Source of the DNA: a virus
Lineage: Duplodnaviria; Caudoviricetes
Strand: one strand, 5' to 3'
DNA: 44,174 nucleotides
IMG/VR virus record: IMGVR_UViG_3300048854_000064
Location: 1 to 44,174 of that record
Shown here: piece by piece, positions 26,062 through 35,058 of the stretch
How the letters are laid out: the number at the start of each line of letters is the position of its first letter
Position numbering within the stretch: position 1 is the stretch's first letter
The notes under the pieces: model-generated
The model's input: only the letters and a program-made list of their open reading frames with translations
What the model was told of the DNA's origin: nothing
The model's database searches: none
Made by a program: the position numbers and the translations under genes

Positions 26062-27735
26062 TCAAAGGAATCGAATGCCGCGCGACTCGTACACGGACGG
26101 GCCTTGCGCCGCCGGGTTGAGCGCCATCAGCGATACTGCGTCGAAAGTAGCCATAAGCGGATCGATTTTTGCCGTCCCGCTGACCTGTTTTGTGATGTTC
26201 ACCGCATTTCCGACCGGCACGACGCGCGCATTGCCGACGCACCAGGCCATCATTCGCTGGCCGCCGTGCACGAGCACGCCCTCAGCCAGTTTCCGCTCGG
26301 CTGTTTTTATTGCGCCGGACAACTTCCAGCCCTGCGAAATCCCTATCACCTGCTCTTCTGGGATGCCGGCTTCAGAAAGTGCATCTAGCACGCCGCCAAT
26401 GCCAGCCGGGTCGCACCCGATCTTATCCAGCAGCCCCGCTGCATAGATTCGCGCAAAAATGTCAGCGACCTCCTCTACGTCATCGCCCATCTGGGTGACA
26501 ACGGTTAAATCGCCCTCTTTTTCGAAGTCACGCAGCATTGGCGCGATCTCTTTCCGACGCTCAAACACTGATAAATGTGCCCACGCGTGTGTCCAGAGCA
26601 ACCAACGCCGCGTCTCACGTTCACGACCGAGCGCCGCGACGCCGAGCAAGTCGTCTAGCCCGCCGCCGTCGATGCCCCCATCTATGACTTCGCACCTCGC
26701 AATCAGGTCATCGACAGTGACACGCTCGGCTAACGCTGCCGCCTCCCAAAATTCCGCGCCGGCCCATCTGTCGGATCGCAGGTTAAGGCCGATCTCGACA
26801 TTCAGGTGCTTCGCGAGAAACGTCTGAAAGCCACCGTCAGTTTTCGACTTGTTCTTCTTCAGCTGGTCTTCCAGCCACTCAGCGCTCACCGAGCGACCGA
26901 TATTCGGGTTCGTGATGTAGAAGTTGGCCGGGTCGAGGTACGCCTTAGACTTGATCATGGCCTCGGGGAATTCGTAAATCACTCCCAGCGACTTTTTGTC
27001 GTCAATCTTCCCGTCCCGCACATCACGGTAGTAATTCAGTTTTTCCCTGAACACGCCCGCGGGCGGTTCATCGCTCTGCGTAGTCAGGTAGATTACCCAA
27101 CCTTCCTCGCGAGAGATCTGGCCGCCCGTTGCCTCCATGAACATGCTTTCCGCATTGGCGCGGCTACCGAATAGCCAGTGCTCATCTACGAGGATTCGCC
27201 CAGACTTCTTTCCCGAGACCGTATCGGTGTCCGCCGCGACCACCTTCAGGGTTGCGCGCGTGACTCGATGCGTGATCGTGCGAATGTGATCTTGAATATG
27301 GAAGAGCGCCGACAGCTCTTCGTCGGCCCTGATCATGCCGGCCGCCGGTTTGAAGCTGTTGTCGGCAACTTCCTTCGTCGGGGCGAGGATCAAATGCTCC
27401 TCCTCATCCCGCCAACACAAAATGACGGCGGTGAGCATGATCCCGGCCGCGATGGTCGACTTCGTATTCTTCTTGCTGATGAGCAGGAAGTATTCGCGGA
27501 TCAGTTGCTTCCCAGCCTCGGCGTCATACGCGCCGAAGATTGCGGCAACATAGTCAAACACCCACTGTTCACTGCACTCGCCAAACGTCGGCTTGCCCGG
27601 CAGGTCAACGACGCGCAATTCCTTGAAGATCGCGAGCGCCTGCTCGGCCTGGTCCGGAAAGATCGGCGCAGGAATGATCGACCGTCCCTCTATCAGCCGC
27701 TTTTCCCAATCCGGACAGGCAGTGGTCCACTCCAT
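26062..27735 (-). CDS. terL: Terminase large subunit
   Basis: LISKKNTKST Walker A-like motif, ILVDE Walker B, and GIDGGGLDDL plus KIDP nuclease motifs. Confidence 0.95.
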   Translation of the reverse strand: MEWTTACPDWEKRLIEGRSIIPAPIFPDQAEQALAIFKELRVVDLPGKPTFGECSEQWVFDYVAAIFGAYDAEAGKQLIREYFLLISKKNTKSTIAAGIMLTAVILCWRDEEEHLILAPTKEVADNSFKPAAGMIRADEELSALFHIQDHIRTITHRVTRATLKVVAADTDTVSGKKSGRILVDEHWLFGSRANAESMFMEATGGQISREEGWVIYLTTQSDEPPAGVFREKLNYYRDVRDGKIDDKKSLGVIYEFPEAMIKSKAYLDPANFYITNPNIGRSVSAEWLEDQLKKNKSKTDGGFQTFLAKHLNVEIGLNLRSDRWAGAEFWEAAALAERVTVDDLIARCEVIDGGIDGGGLDDLLGVAALGRERETRRWLLWTHAWAHLSVFERRKEIAPMLRDFEKEGDLTVVTQMGDDVEEVADIFARIYAAGLLDKIGCDPAGIGGVLDALSEAGIPEEQVIGISQGWKLSGAIKTAERKLAEGVLVHGGQRMMAWCVGNARVVPVGNAVNITKQVSGTAKIDPLMATFDAVSLMALNPAAQGPSVYESRGIRFL

Positions 27736-27737
27736 CG

Positions 27738-28214
27738 TCAGACTTTCTTGCCGCCGTTAGCCACCAGTTTCGGCGGGGCGCCAGGCGAAAACCGACTCGC
27801 CACCTTCTTCGCGTCCGCTTCGCGCTGTTCCTTCTTGCCGCTGTCGCCCAGCTTCTGATGAACGAAGGGCATCAACGCTTTCGCCGCATCGACCCGAAGC
27901 TTCGGCTCTGTCCGGCAGTCGTTCATCGCGGCAATGAGGAATGCCTTCGGGTCGGTGAAGCTCGTCATCGCGTCGATGTCGAAATCAGCAGGCGCTCTCG
28001 AACCACCGGTCGATTTTCCGGCCGGCGCAGGCTTGGATTCCTGCTGAATCTTGTGCGCGGCCATGTACAGCACCACGTCCTTGTCTTTAACAAGACGTGA
28101 GCCTGCTGCCGACGCCGTCGCGGCGCTGTAACCCGCCGCGATTGCCGCGTCCTTATTAGCTTTGCCGGCTAAAACAGCGTCGGCGAAAAGCCTCTTTTTC
28201 GCTGTTAAAGCCAT
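27738..28214 (-). CDS. terS: Terminase small subunit
   Basis: LT.KKR.FA......AAI.AGYS..TA...GSRL HTH, directly upstream of terL. Confidence 0.9.
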   Translation of the reverse strand: MALTAKKRLFADAVLAGKANKDAAIAAGYSAATASAAGSRLVKDKDVVLYMAAHKIQQESKPAPAGKSTGGSRAPADFDIDAMTSFTDPKAFLIAAMNDCRTEPKLRVDAAKALMPFVHQKLGDSGKKEQREADAKKVASRFSPGAPPKLVANGGKKV

Positions 28215-28393
28215 TAACAAAAACCTCAAAAGGGGAAATTTTCTGCGCGTGCGGGAACTGGCGGTCTAGACGGTAAATAGTCACAGACTTTCGACTACCC
28301 CCGCCTATCGCTTCATTCTATCGGTACATTTTACAATATACGCCCTTTATTGGTGCATTTCGTGGAACATTTCAATGTTTCACAACAACCATA
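28215..28393. other. Probable cos/packaging region
   Basis: Non-coding gap between HNH and terS, where HK97-like phages carry cos. The exact site was not identified. Confidence 0.45.
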
Positions 28394-28786
28394 TCAACCC
28401 TGCGCTTCCTGTCTCTGCTTCTCCGCGCTGTGGTGGTGTGCGCACAGCGACTGCCACCTGCCCGTGTCCCAGAACAGCTTCATGTCGCCGCGATGCGGGT
28501 CCATGTGATCGACCACAGACGCATACGGCGCTGCCACACGTCGCTCGGCGCACTCAAGGATCACGTCCTCAATGCTCGTTGCGACAATGCCTGCATCGCG
28601 CAGGCAGAACACACAAAACGGTTGGTTACGCAGATGTCCGGCGCGCGCTTTCTGCCAGGCATATCCGTAACCACGTGCTGTGCTCGATTGCTTGTCGGTG
28701 CGCCATGATCCGGGCTGCATCACAGCGACACGACCAACAGCAGGTTGCAAGCGCGCTCTCAGCGTCTGCAACCTGACCTTGCTCAT
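28394..28786 (-). CDS. Packaging-associated HNH endonuclease (HK97 gp74-like)
   Basis: RGY...W.KAR...L...P.C..C...VVDH..PHRGD..LFWD...WQSLC..HH. Upstream of terS. Confidence 0.88.
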   Translation of the reverse strand: MSKVRLQTLRARLQPAVGRVAVMQPGSWRTDKQSSTARGYGYAWQKARAGHLRNQPFCVFCLRDAGIVATSIEDVILECAERRVAAPYASVVDHMDPHRGDMKLFWDTGRWQSLCAHHHSAEKQRQEAQG

Positions 28787-28791
28787 GCCTA

Positions 28792-29142
28792 TCAGACTGC
28801 CGGATACAGCGCGGCAAGCGCGGCGTTGGTTGCTGCCTGCACTGCGTCGACCGACAACGATGCGTCGATTGCCTTCAATGCAAGCGCGATCTGAATGGCG
28901 GCGTTGACGTTGCTGGCCGTGGTAGCCGGTGCTGCTGCGGGTGTGCTCATGATTGCTCCAGTGAGTTCTGCTGCGAGTTTGGTGGGAACGAGCTGATTCG
29001 TGAGATGCGCCAGGACCGCACTAAAGTCGGTCGACACATCGAACTCAACGTGCGACACGATCGCTTCGGCCTGCTGCTCAACGGCTTTTGCCTCGCCTTT
29101 GAACCACGAGACAACCTTCGCGATGATGGCTTTCAGGTTCAT
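28792..29142 (-). CDS. Hypothetical Ala-rich protein
   Basis: 116-aa ORF with a possible internal start at 28950 (GGAG RBS). Confidence 0.6.
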   Translation of the reverse strand: MNLKAIIAKVVSWFKGEAKAVEQQAEAIVSHVEFDVSTDFSAVLAHLTNQLVPTKLAAELTGAIMSTPAAAPATTASNVNAAIQIALALKAIDASLSVDAVQAATNAALAALYPAV

Positions 29143-29201
29143 GGTGGAGGCGTAGAATTAGCGCGCCGGATGGGCCGGCACAGGATAAAAAGGAACTAAG
29201 A

Positions 29202-29396
29202 ATGTCTAGCGTGAACCACTACAAAGCTCTAGAACTTGCTGCACAGGTGATCACAGCGGCAGCGGCTGCCAATAGCCTGAAACTGCACGGGACACCGATG
29301 GGCGATGCCACTGCGGCGAAATCCAATGGTGAATTAGATGGCGCTTACATCGCCGCCCTGCTTAACACCATTGCTGAAAAGATCAAGACCACCTGA
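29202..29396 (+). CDS. Hypothetical protein (counter-oriented moron)
   Basis: AAGGA RBS, 64 aa, with its own downstream hairpin. Confidence 0.65.
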   Translation: MSSVNHYKALELAAQVITAAAAANSLKLHGTPMGDATAAKSNGELDGAYIAALLNTIAEKIKTT

Positions 29397-29401
29397 AAAC
29401 G

Positions 29402-29435
29402 GAAAGCCCGCGCGGCGCGAACCGGGCGGGCTTTC
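29402..29435. terminator. Bidirectional terminator-like hairpin between convergent genes
   Basis: GAAAGCCCGC...GCGGGCTTTC. Confidence 0.65.
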
Positions 29436-29466
29436 TAGTATCTCTGGGCGCGACTTCGCTGTCCCG

Positions 29467-29925
29467 TTATGGCTTCAGCCTGAACCTCGAAGATTCATCC
29501 TCAGTTTTTTCAGTCAGGACAGTATCAAACTCATGAAGAACAGTGTCCAGATTGAAGGCGCCTCCCGACGGAGAGACGACAAGATGGCTCTCGCGACCAT
29601 CAACGCGCGCAAATATGCCTTGCTGCGTACGTTGAACCTCCACAGGCAACCAAAAGACCCAATGTGGATCGGGCTCGTAGGCATCCAAAAGAACTCGAAC
29701 ATCAAATTCGAGGCGCTGCTGATCGTCAGCATCGCGGAATTTGTTTTCAAAGAATGTCCCATCCTCCTGGGTACCTAGCTTGCATAGGTCTGGATCAATA
29801 TCCCAACGACTTCTAACGGCGTTAACAATCGCGCGCGCGGTCTGGGTAAGCTGTTTTTGATGCGCGAGCTGCAGACGATGCCCGCTTAGCAGCACCGAAG
29901 TCCGTTCTTCAATAAAGGTCGGCAT
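29467..29925 (-). CDS. Hypothetical protein (moron downstream of the late terminator)
   Basis: AGGAGG RBS before ATG 29925. 152 aa, acidic. Confidence 0.7.
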   Translation of the reverse strand: MPTFIEERTSVLLSGHRLQLAHQKQLTQTARAIVNAVRSRWDIDPDLCKLGTQEDGTFFENKFRDADDQQRLEFDVRVLLDAYEPDPHWVFWLPVEVQRTQQGIFARVDGRESHLVVSPSGGAFNLDTVLHEFDTVLTEKTEDESSRFRLKP

Positions 29926-29971
29926 GTAGCCTCCTACGTTGTGGAGGGCACATTGTATTGACGACCAACGC

Positions 29972-30001
29972 AAAAAGCCCGCTGCTTTCGCATCGCGGGC
30001 T
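29972..30001 (-). terminator. tR'-like terminator
   Basis: AGCCCGC...GCGGGCT followed by TTTT, about 30 nt after the predicted late promoter. Confidence 0.75.
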
Positions 30002-30037
30002 CTTCTCTCGTAGTTGTCCTACGGTATATGAAACGGG

Positions 30038-30066
30038 ATGATATGGCGGTGTTTTCCGCCAGTCAA
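30038..30066 (-). promoter_or_regulatory. pR'-like late promoter
   Basis: TTGACT-17 bp-TATCAT directly after the Q-like gene. The spacer holds GGCGG-N6-CCGCC. Confidence 0.75.
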
Positions 30067-30647
30067 GCGTTTTGTGAGAACAGCATGCCGGCGACGTCGA
30101 GTTGCCCGTACCATTCCGTCCATGCGGTTTTCTCAGTGTCCTTCAGGTAGGCATTGATAATCGACGCGTGCCGCTCGGCTGTGCGTGGCGGGATATTCAG
30201 ATCTGCCGCGACGTCTTTCATTTTCAGCTTCTCGCCGAAGTACTTCTCGATCGCAGCCAACCGAAAACGACGGAGCGTGAAAACCCCACCGAGAGCCGGT
30301 ATCACTAGATCACTTAGCTGACTCACTGCATCGCGATACAGCGGATTCGGTTTCCAGCCACCACAACAGCTATGGTTGCATTCGCAGCGCTCTTTTCGCG
30401 GCGCGCAACGCGCAACGAGCACGAGCATCTGCACGTAGTCAATATTGCCGAGCTCGGCCAGCACCATGCCCGATTGCGCTGCACCATCAAGCCCGATTAA
30501 GCCTCGGCCGCTGCCGCTCGATCCACGCTGCAAAAGCTTTGCCATTGGCGACATGGCGTATTGTTGGGCCGCATAGTTGCACGCAAACACCACAGCCTCG
30601 TGTGCGCTTCTGAAAATCCCTTCATGCTTGACCGATTCCATGTTCAT
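30063..30647 (-). CDS. Probable late antiterminator (Q-like)
   Basis: Last gene of the early-right arm, with a Cys cluster and C-terminal HTH. Followed by a promoter and terminator. Confidence 0.65.
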   Translation of the reverse strand: MNMESVKHEGIFRSAHEAVVFACNYAAQQYAMSPMAKLLQRGSSGSGRGLIGLDGAAQSGMVLAELGNIDYVQMLVLVARCAPRKERCECNHSCCGGWKPNPLYRDAVSQLSDLVIPALGGVFTLRRFRLAAIEKYFGEKLKMKDVAADLNIPPRTAERHASIINAYLKDTEKTAWTEWYGQLDVAGMLFSQNA

Positions 30648-30693
30648 CCTTTGATAATCGTTTTTCTGTTTGTTGCCGCCGCCGCGCTACGCG

Positions 30694-30930
30694 TTACAGC
30701 ACTACCCGAAAGCAGATTCCCCAATGCACAAGCCACGAGACAAGCGATTCACGGATCTCGATCGCACGCGGAAAAGGAAACTCAACCTCATCATCACTCT
30801 CGACACCTACTAGCGGACAGCCGATGAATGCGACCAGGTTCGCTTGAGTGTGGGCATCAATGCGGCGCGCCGCGGTATCGGTCAGCGGACGGGGAATGTC
30901 GGCGGTTTGGATGTAGGCGAATGCGCTCAT
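30694..30930 (-). CDS. Hypothetical phage protein
   Basis: 78-aa ORF starting MSAFAYIQ, co-oriented in the nin-like region. Confidence 0.6.
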   Translation of the reverse strand: MSAFAYIQTADIPRPLTDTAARRIDAHTQANLVAFIGCPLVGVESDDEVEFPFPRAIEIRESLVSWLVHWGICFRVVL

Positions 30931-31003
30931 TGCTTCGGCGCCTCGACGGGCTTTGTCCAATCTCGCGAGCGAATACCAAGCGCGTAATACAAGGCATCGA
31001 AAC

Positions 31004-31348
31004 TCACAGCACCACCTCCATGGACCCAGATTCGAGCGCGCCGCTATCCAGAATCGGACGCAGTGTCGTTCGGTTGTGGTTCACGACAACATTGAAACGA
31101 TAGTTTCCGTCCGGCAGCTTCGTGAGCGCCGGCGCGAAATCGATGTAACGATCGGGCAGCTGCGCAACGGCCCAAATCTCTGCAGGCTGATTTCTTCCTG
31201 GATAGCGGATCGGGCCGATCAGCTTCGACGGCGAGATTTGGAAAATCGCCTCACGGCCGCTTTGCTTAAGATTCCAAAGAAACCGCGACCGATGCCGGTA
31301 GACCGGACTCGGCAGCAGCACGCTGACCTCTAATTTGATTCCGTGCAC
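31004..31348 (-). CDS. Hypothetical phage protein
   Basis: GTG start after GAGG, overlapping the upstream gene. Confidence 0.65.
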   Translation of the reverse strand: MHGIKLEVSVLLPSPVYRHRSRFLWNLKQSGREAIFQISPSKLIGPIRYPGRNQPAEIWAVAQLPDRYIDFAPALTKLPDGNYRFNVVVNHNRTTLRPILDSGALESGSMEVVL

Positions 31349-31710
31349 TCGACCTCCTCAACCATTCCCATTTTCTTGGCCCGTACGAAACGCCACTCCT
31401 CATAAGCTGCGTCCCACACATCGAATTTCACCTGCCTCGGTGTGCCGACGCGGTTCTGGTCGATCCACGCGTGACACGGGCCGCAACCGGGCACGGTGTA
31501 AATGTTGTCGGCGCGCCGCCCGCCGGCCTTGCCATGACGCGATTGGTTCGAATGGCAATCGACAACTGAGTCATGCGACCAACCACGACTGACACACACG
31601 CCGGGCACGCGGAGATAGCACTCCTCACCTCGGCACGCGTCGATGTACTTCGAACCTTCGGCGACTGTCGGCTTCCGCTTCGCGCGCTTTTTCATCTCCG
31701 TGCGCTTCAT
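31330..31710 (-). CDS. DUF1364/YbcO-like His-Me nuclease
   Basis: CRGEEC.LR.PGVC...CHSN...GK.G...GC..CH.W.D. Confidence 0.8.
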   Translation of the reverse strand: MKRTEMKKRAKRKPTVAEGSKYIDACRGEECYLRVPGVCVSRGWSHDSVVDCHSNQSRHGKAGGRRADNIYTVPGCGPCHAWIDQNRVGTPRQVKFDVWDAAYEEWRFVRAKKMGMVEEVECTESN

Positions 31711-32126
31711 GCGCGTCTTCGGAGTTGCGAAGCTGCTGAACGGCGAGCCTGGTTTGCGAGCGAACGTCGTGCTGCCGCCATCAGTTCAACCAACGCTTTA
31801 TCGGACAGCACGACCAAGCCCGCGATCAGGTCGATAATGTGCGCCGACGTGTACACGCAGAATCCGAGCTGCCGCGCTATGCCCTCTTCGATGCGCGCGC
31901 CCTTCGATTTTTCCCATCCTGGCAACAGCGCGATGCCTTCGCACGTCACCAGCTCGCGAATGTCGGTGCGCATGCAGGTTAGCCAATCGCCATCACTGCC
32001 CACGTTGAGCTCGGCCGGATTAACGACCTCGAATCCGAGCGCACGCAGGCGAGCCGACTCCGCAGCGAACGCGGGAAAGTTGAATTCCGGATACCCCGTC
32101 ATCGGGCCGGCGAGATAAAGCTTCAT
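31707..32126 (-). CDS. DUF4406 (nucleoside deoxyribosyltransferase-like) protein
   Basis: LYLAGPMTG.PEFN.PAF...NPAE...W..CMR.DI..L..C..I.LLPGWE.S.GA..E. Confidence 0.88.
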   Translation of the reverse strand: MKLYLAGPMTGYPEFNFPAFAAESARLRALGFEVVNPAELNVGSDGDWLTCMRTDIRELVTCEGIALLPGWEKSKGARIEEGIARQLGFCVYTSAHIIDLIAGLVVLSDKALVELMAAARRSLANQARRSAASQLRRRA

Positions 32127-32671
32127 GCCGACGCTCTCCCGAACAACGCGTTAGACAGCGCGTCAGGGCGCACACGGCCGAGCTTGATCTTCCTGTTGAG
32201 CGCGTATTTCCGGCGCTTGAATGCATACTCAACAGGGTCCACCTGCATCCGAAATTTACGTGCGCGCTCCGCAAGAGTCATCACAGTGGCGCGCCTTGCG
32301 TTCCGGCCTTTGCCCTTCCTGAAAACCGGCGTCGGCGTGCCGTTGACCGGCCGTGGCCGATACTTAGCGATATGGAATTCACCCGAATCGCAGGCCTTTC
32401 GCAATAGCTTGTTGGTCCGCGACTGACTCGCGAAAAGCGCGGCGGCTATCTCTTTCACGGTCCGCGCCTCCTTATCGTCCATCAGCACGCAAATGCGCTC
32501 ATAAAGCGGCGACTCGGAATGGTTCTTTGGGCCGAGTTCGAGCACCGTCGCTTGGCGTTGTACGCTCCATGGCGTGCGGCCTGGCAATCTGTCCATCTGC
32601 TGCTTCAACAAGACGGGCGAAGCCCAGATCTCGCGAACAATCTGCTTTTCCTCTTCCGAATAGCGGCGCAC
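32123..32671 (-). CDS. Hypothetical basic DNA-binding protein
   Basis: Myb/HTH-like N-terminus and a winged-HTH-like segment. GTG start. Confidence 0.65.
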   Translation of the reverse strand: MRRYSEEEKQIVREIWASPVLLKQQMDRLPGRTPWSVQRQATVLELGPKNHSESPLYERICVLMDDKEARTVKEIAAALFASQSRTNKLLRKACDSGEFHIAKYRPRPVNGTPTPVFRKGKGRNARRATVMTLAERARKFRMQVDPVEYAFKRRKYALNRKIKLGRVRPDALSNALFGRASA

Positions 32672-32673
32672 TC

Positions 32674-33231
32674 CTATATCTCCTTTACCGTGATGTCGTG
32701 CTTCACAAGCATCAGCTTTCGCTTCTGGATGTACGTGCGGTTTTTCCGGGTGGCGATCGACTTCACGTCCTCGACCACCAGCTTGCCGTCGCGCATGTAG
32801 GTGAAATCAGCAACGTATTTCGATGCGCGCTCCCACGTGCCGTCGTCGCGCTGCTTGCGCTCGGTCAGAACAAACGGGACCTGCAGCTGCAGGTCACGAA
32901 TGAGTCCCGCCGCCTGCTGCTGGATCAGAAAGAACCAATGCGACCGCTCCTTCTCGCTGTCGAACTTGATGCCCTGGTGTTCGCACCTGGTGTTGCGGTA
33001 CTTCGGAGGCTTCTTTGCCGCCAGCGCGACCGGTAGACGTCGAATCAGCGACGGGTCGAATGGGTCAGTCGGATCGTCCAGCGCGCTCGACTGCGGCGGG
33101 TTTCCATTCATCTCGTAGATGAGGCGCTGCGCGGTCGTCATGCGCAGTGGCGATTCGTCGTGAACCGTTGCCGTGCCGACGTTCTTCGTTCCTGCCGGGA
33201 CCACCATCGGCCAAGATGCTCGCTTGGTCAT
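32674..33231 (-). CDS. DUF1064 family (PD-(D/E)xK) nuclease
   Basis: KY.N....GIKFDS.KE...L.LQV.F.L...YVADF.Y...VVEDVK. Confidence 0.88.
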   Translation of the reverse strand: MTKRASWPMVVPAGTKNVGTATVHDESPLRMTTAQRLIYEMNGNPPQSSALDDPTDPFDPSLIRRLPVALAAKKPPKYRNTRCEHQGIKFDSEKERSHWFFLIQQQAAGLIRDLQLQVPFVLTERKQRDDGTWERASKYVADFTYMRDGKLVVEDVKSIATRKNRTYIQKRKLMLVKHDITVKEI

Positions 33232-33389
33232 TGCTTCTGTTCCCATTTCGGCGGATTAAGACGGCACTCGGCGTTTCCCACGACGTATTGGTACGTCGGC
33301 AGGTGCGCGCAATTGCGAAAGCCGCGGTTGTAAATGGCGATGTGGCCGGGTTTTGTGGTGGTGTGCTTGCAGGTTGCGCAGGTATTCAT
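33228..33389 (-). CDS. Small Cys-rich hypothetical protein (53 aa)
   Basis: MNTCATCKH...NC...EC. ATGA overlaps with both neighbours. Confidence 0.7.
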   Translation of the reverse strand: MNTCATCKHTTTKPGHIAIYNRGFRNCAHLPTYQYVVGNAECRLNPPKWEQKQ

Positions 33390-34561
33390 GCGCCCTCCGA
33401 TTTCGCGATTGCGGCACGCACACGCACGGCGATCGCCGGAACCGGCTCGTCGTCGCTGAATGCGATGCCCATGGATTTCGCTTTCGCTTTGATGCCGCTC
33501 GCGGTGGTGTGCCACTCGCCAGCCGCCTTCGTGCCGTCGGCGTTGCGCGGTACCGCCATGCGGCCCTTCACGTCGCCATAGCCCTTGGCGCTCACCAGAT
33601 AATCGAAGCCGGCGTGCGGCGGCAGGTCGACCTTGTCGCGCACGGCTGGGAAATACCGCTTCCATGCGTCCGGATCGGCCTTCAGGTGGTTCAGGAAAAA
33701 TCGGATAGCGCCGGCGCGAGCCCCAACGAAAACAGCCTCATCCACCTTTCCGATACGCTCCCCGAGTGCCTCATTGAAGGCTCGGATCACGGCAAGTTCG
33801 GAATCGGTGTACGCGGACTGGATCTCGTCCATCCATCCGCCAGCGTTCAGCCATGTGCCGGCGTGCGGGATGAATTGCGGGTTCTGCCACTGCTCCGAAG
33901 TCATGGCACGCTCAAGACCTGCCATCAGGTCGTTGAAGAGCTGCTCGTCCGGATTGCGCCTGGCAAAAGCCTTCTCTGCCGTGGTCTTCGATTTTTTCTT
34001 CGGGTACAACGCCCAGAAAATCTCAAAGCGTTCGCGAAGCGAGCGCGAAAGGGTTTCTTTTGGAGTTGTCTTTTGGTTATGTATTTTGGAGTTGTCTTTT
34101 GTGGTTATCGTTTCAATAACCTCAGAGTTATCGTTTTGATCACCCGAAACAATCGTTTCGATAACCTTAGGGTTATTGTTTTGATAACCCCAAACCTTGG
34201 AAGCATCCACTTTCGCTTTCCCGGTCCACTGCTGGAACGCCTTGTTGATTGCCAGGCAGGCAGCGTGCTTGCCTGGCGTACGGAGCAAGACGTTCATCGA
34301 CACAAGCTCATCGATCGCACCCGACATGTTCGCCTTGAAGACATTGGTTTTCTCTTCGAACTGGGACAGGCTGATTTCATCGGATTTTTTGTTGAAGCCA
34401 TACGTGAGGCGGATTAAGACGAGCATTGCCTTGTATTGGCGCTTGCTCAGATCAGCCAGCGCAAGCGCCTCGACAATGCCGTGAGCAACGCGAGTGAAGC
34501 CCTGCTCGACCTGCAGCGTGCGCGGCTGCTCTGGCATATGAATGACGTCAGCGAGCGCCAT
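33386..34561 (-). CDS. Replication initiator, lambda O-like N-terminal domain
   Basis: GFTRVA......L..ADLS.RQ......R.TYGFNKK.D.IS.SQ and FE.FW..YPKK..K..A.KAF...W....FIPH..TWLN..GW.DE. Contains internal iterons. Confidence 0.9.
   Translation of the reverse strand: MALADVIHMPEQPRTLQVEQGFTRVAHGIVEALALADLSKRQYKAMLVLIRLTYGFNKKSDEISLSQFEEKTNVFKANMSGAIDELVSMNVLLRTPGKHAACLAINKAFQQWTGKAKVDASKVWGYQNNNPKVIETIVSGDQNDNSEVIETITTKDNSKIHNQKTTPKETLSRSLRERFEIFWALYPKKKSKTTAEKAFARRNPDEQLFNDLMAGLERAMTSEQWQNPQFIPHAGTWLNAGGWMDEIQSAYTDSELAVIRAFNEALGERIGKVDEAVFVGARAGAIRFFLNHLKADPDAWKRYFPAVRDKVDLPPHAGFDYLVSAKGYGDVKGRMAVPRNADGTKAAGEWHTTASGIKAKAKSMGIAFSDDEPVPAIAVRVRAAIAKSEGA
34058..34189. other. Replication origin: four 19-bp iterons plus AT-rich repeats
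   Basis: GGTTAT-N7-ATAACC-like units at 34103, 34126, 34148 and 34171. TTTTGGAGTTGTCTTTT occurs twice at 34058-34100. Confidence 0.8.
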
Positions 34562-34562
34562 A

Positions 34563-34844
34563 TCAGGCAGATGCCACCTCGATCGGCAGACCGACCGTCT
34601 GATTGCTCTGCCCCGTCGCGATGCATTTGCGAGAGCCGCGAATCACGAGCACTTCGGCGTCGAGCAGCTCGCGCACCCGGCCGCACACGCTGGCGAGCGG
34701 GAGTTTCGCGCGGGTGGCAATCTCCTGGCGCGTGAGCGTAATGGCATGGCCCGCGAACAGGGCAAGCACCATCTGCTGACTGGCCGAGATCTTCGGCGCG
34801 GTGAGCGCGTCGTATGCAGCAAGTTGGGTTTGGGCTGTTCTCAT
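34563..34844 (-). CDS. Winged-HTH hypothetical protein
   Basis: LTRQEIA.R..LP..SVCGRV.EL. Confidence 0.75.
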   Translation of the reverse strand: MRTAQTQLAAYDALTAPKISASQQMVLALFAGHAITLTRQEIATRAKLPLASVCGRVRELLDAEVLVIRGSRKCIATGQSNQTVGLPIEVASA

Positions 34845-34851
34845 TGTTTCC

Positions 34852-35058
34852 TCAGTGGTCGCACGGCAGCGAGCCGTCGAGTGACTCAAGGGCGCCGCAC
34901 GAAAGGCAGATCCGTGGATAGTTCGGGTGACGTTTCAGCGCGCCGGTCGCAACTTCACGGATGACAGCGCGCGCGATCGGGCCAAGGAAGAAATTGCCGC
35001 GGCACAATGAATCCAGCGCGGCGCGATCGATGACAGGGATGGCGGTCGGCATGATCAA
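34852..35058 (-). CDS. Small hypothetical protein with C-terminal CxxC...C.H
   Basis: RICLSCGA...LPCDH. Coupled to cII. Confidence 0.65.
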   Translation of the reverse strand: MIMPTAIPVIDRAALDSLCRGNFFLGPIARAVIREVATGALKRHPNYPRICLSCGALESLDGSLPCDH

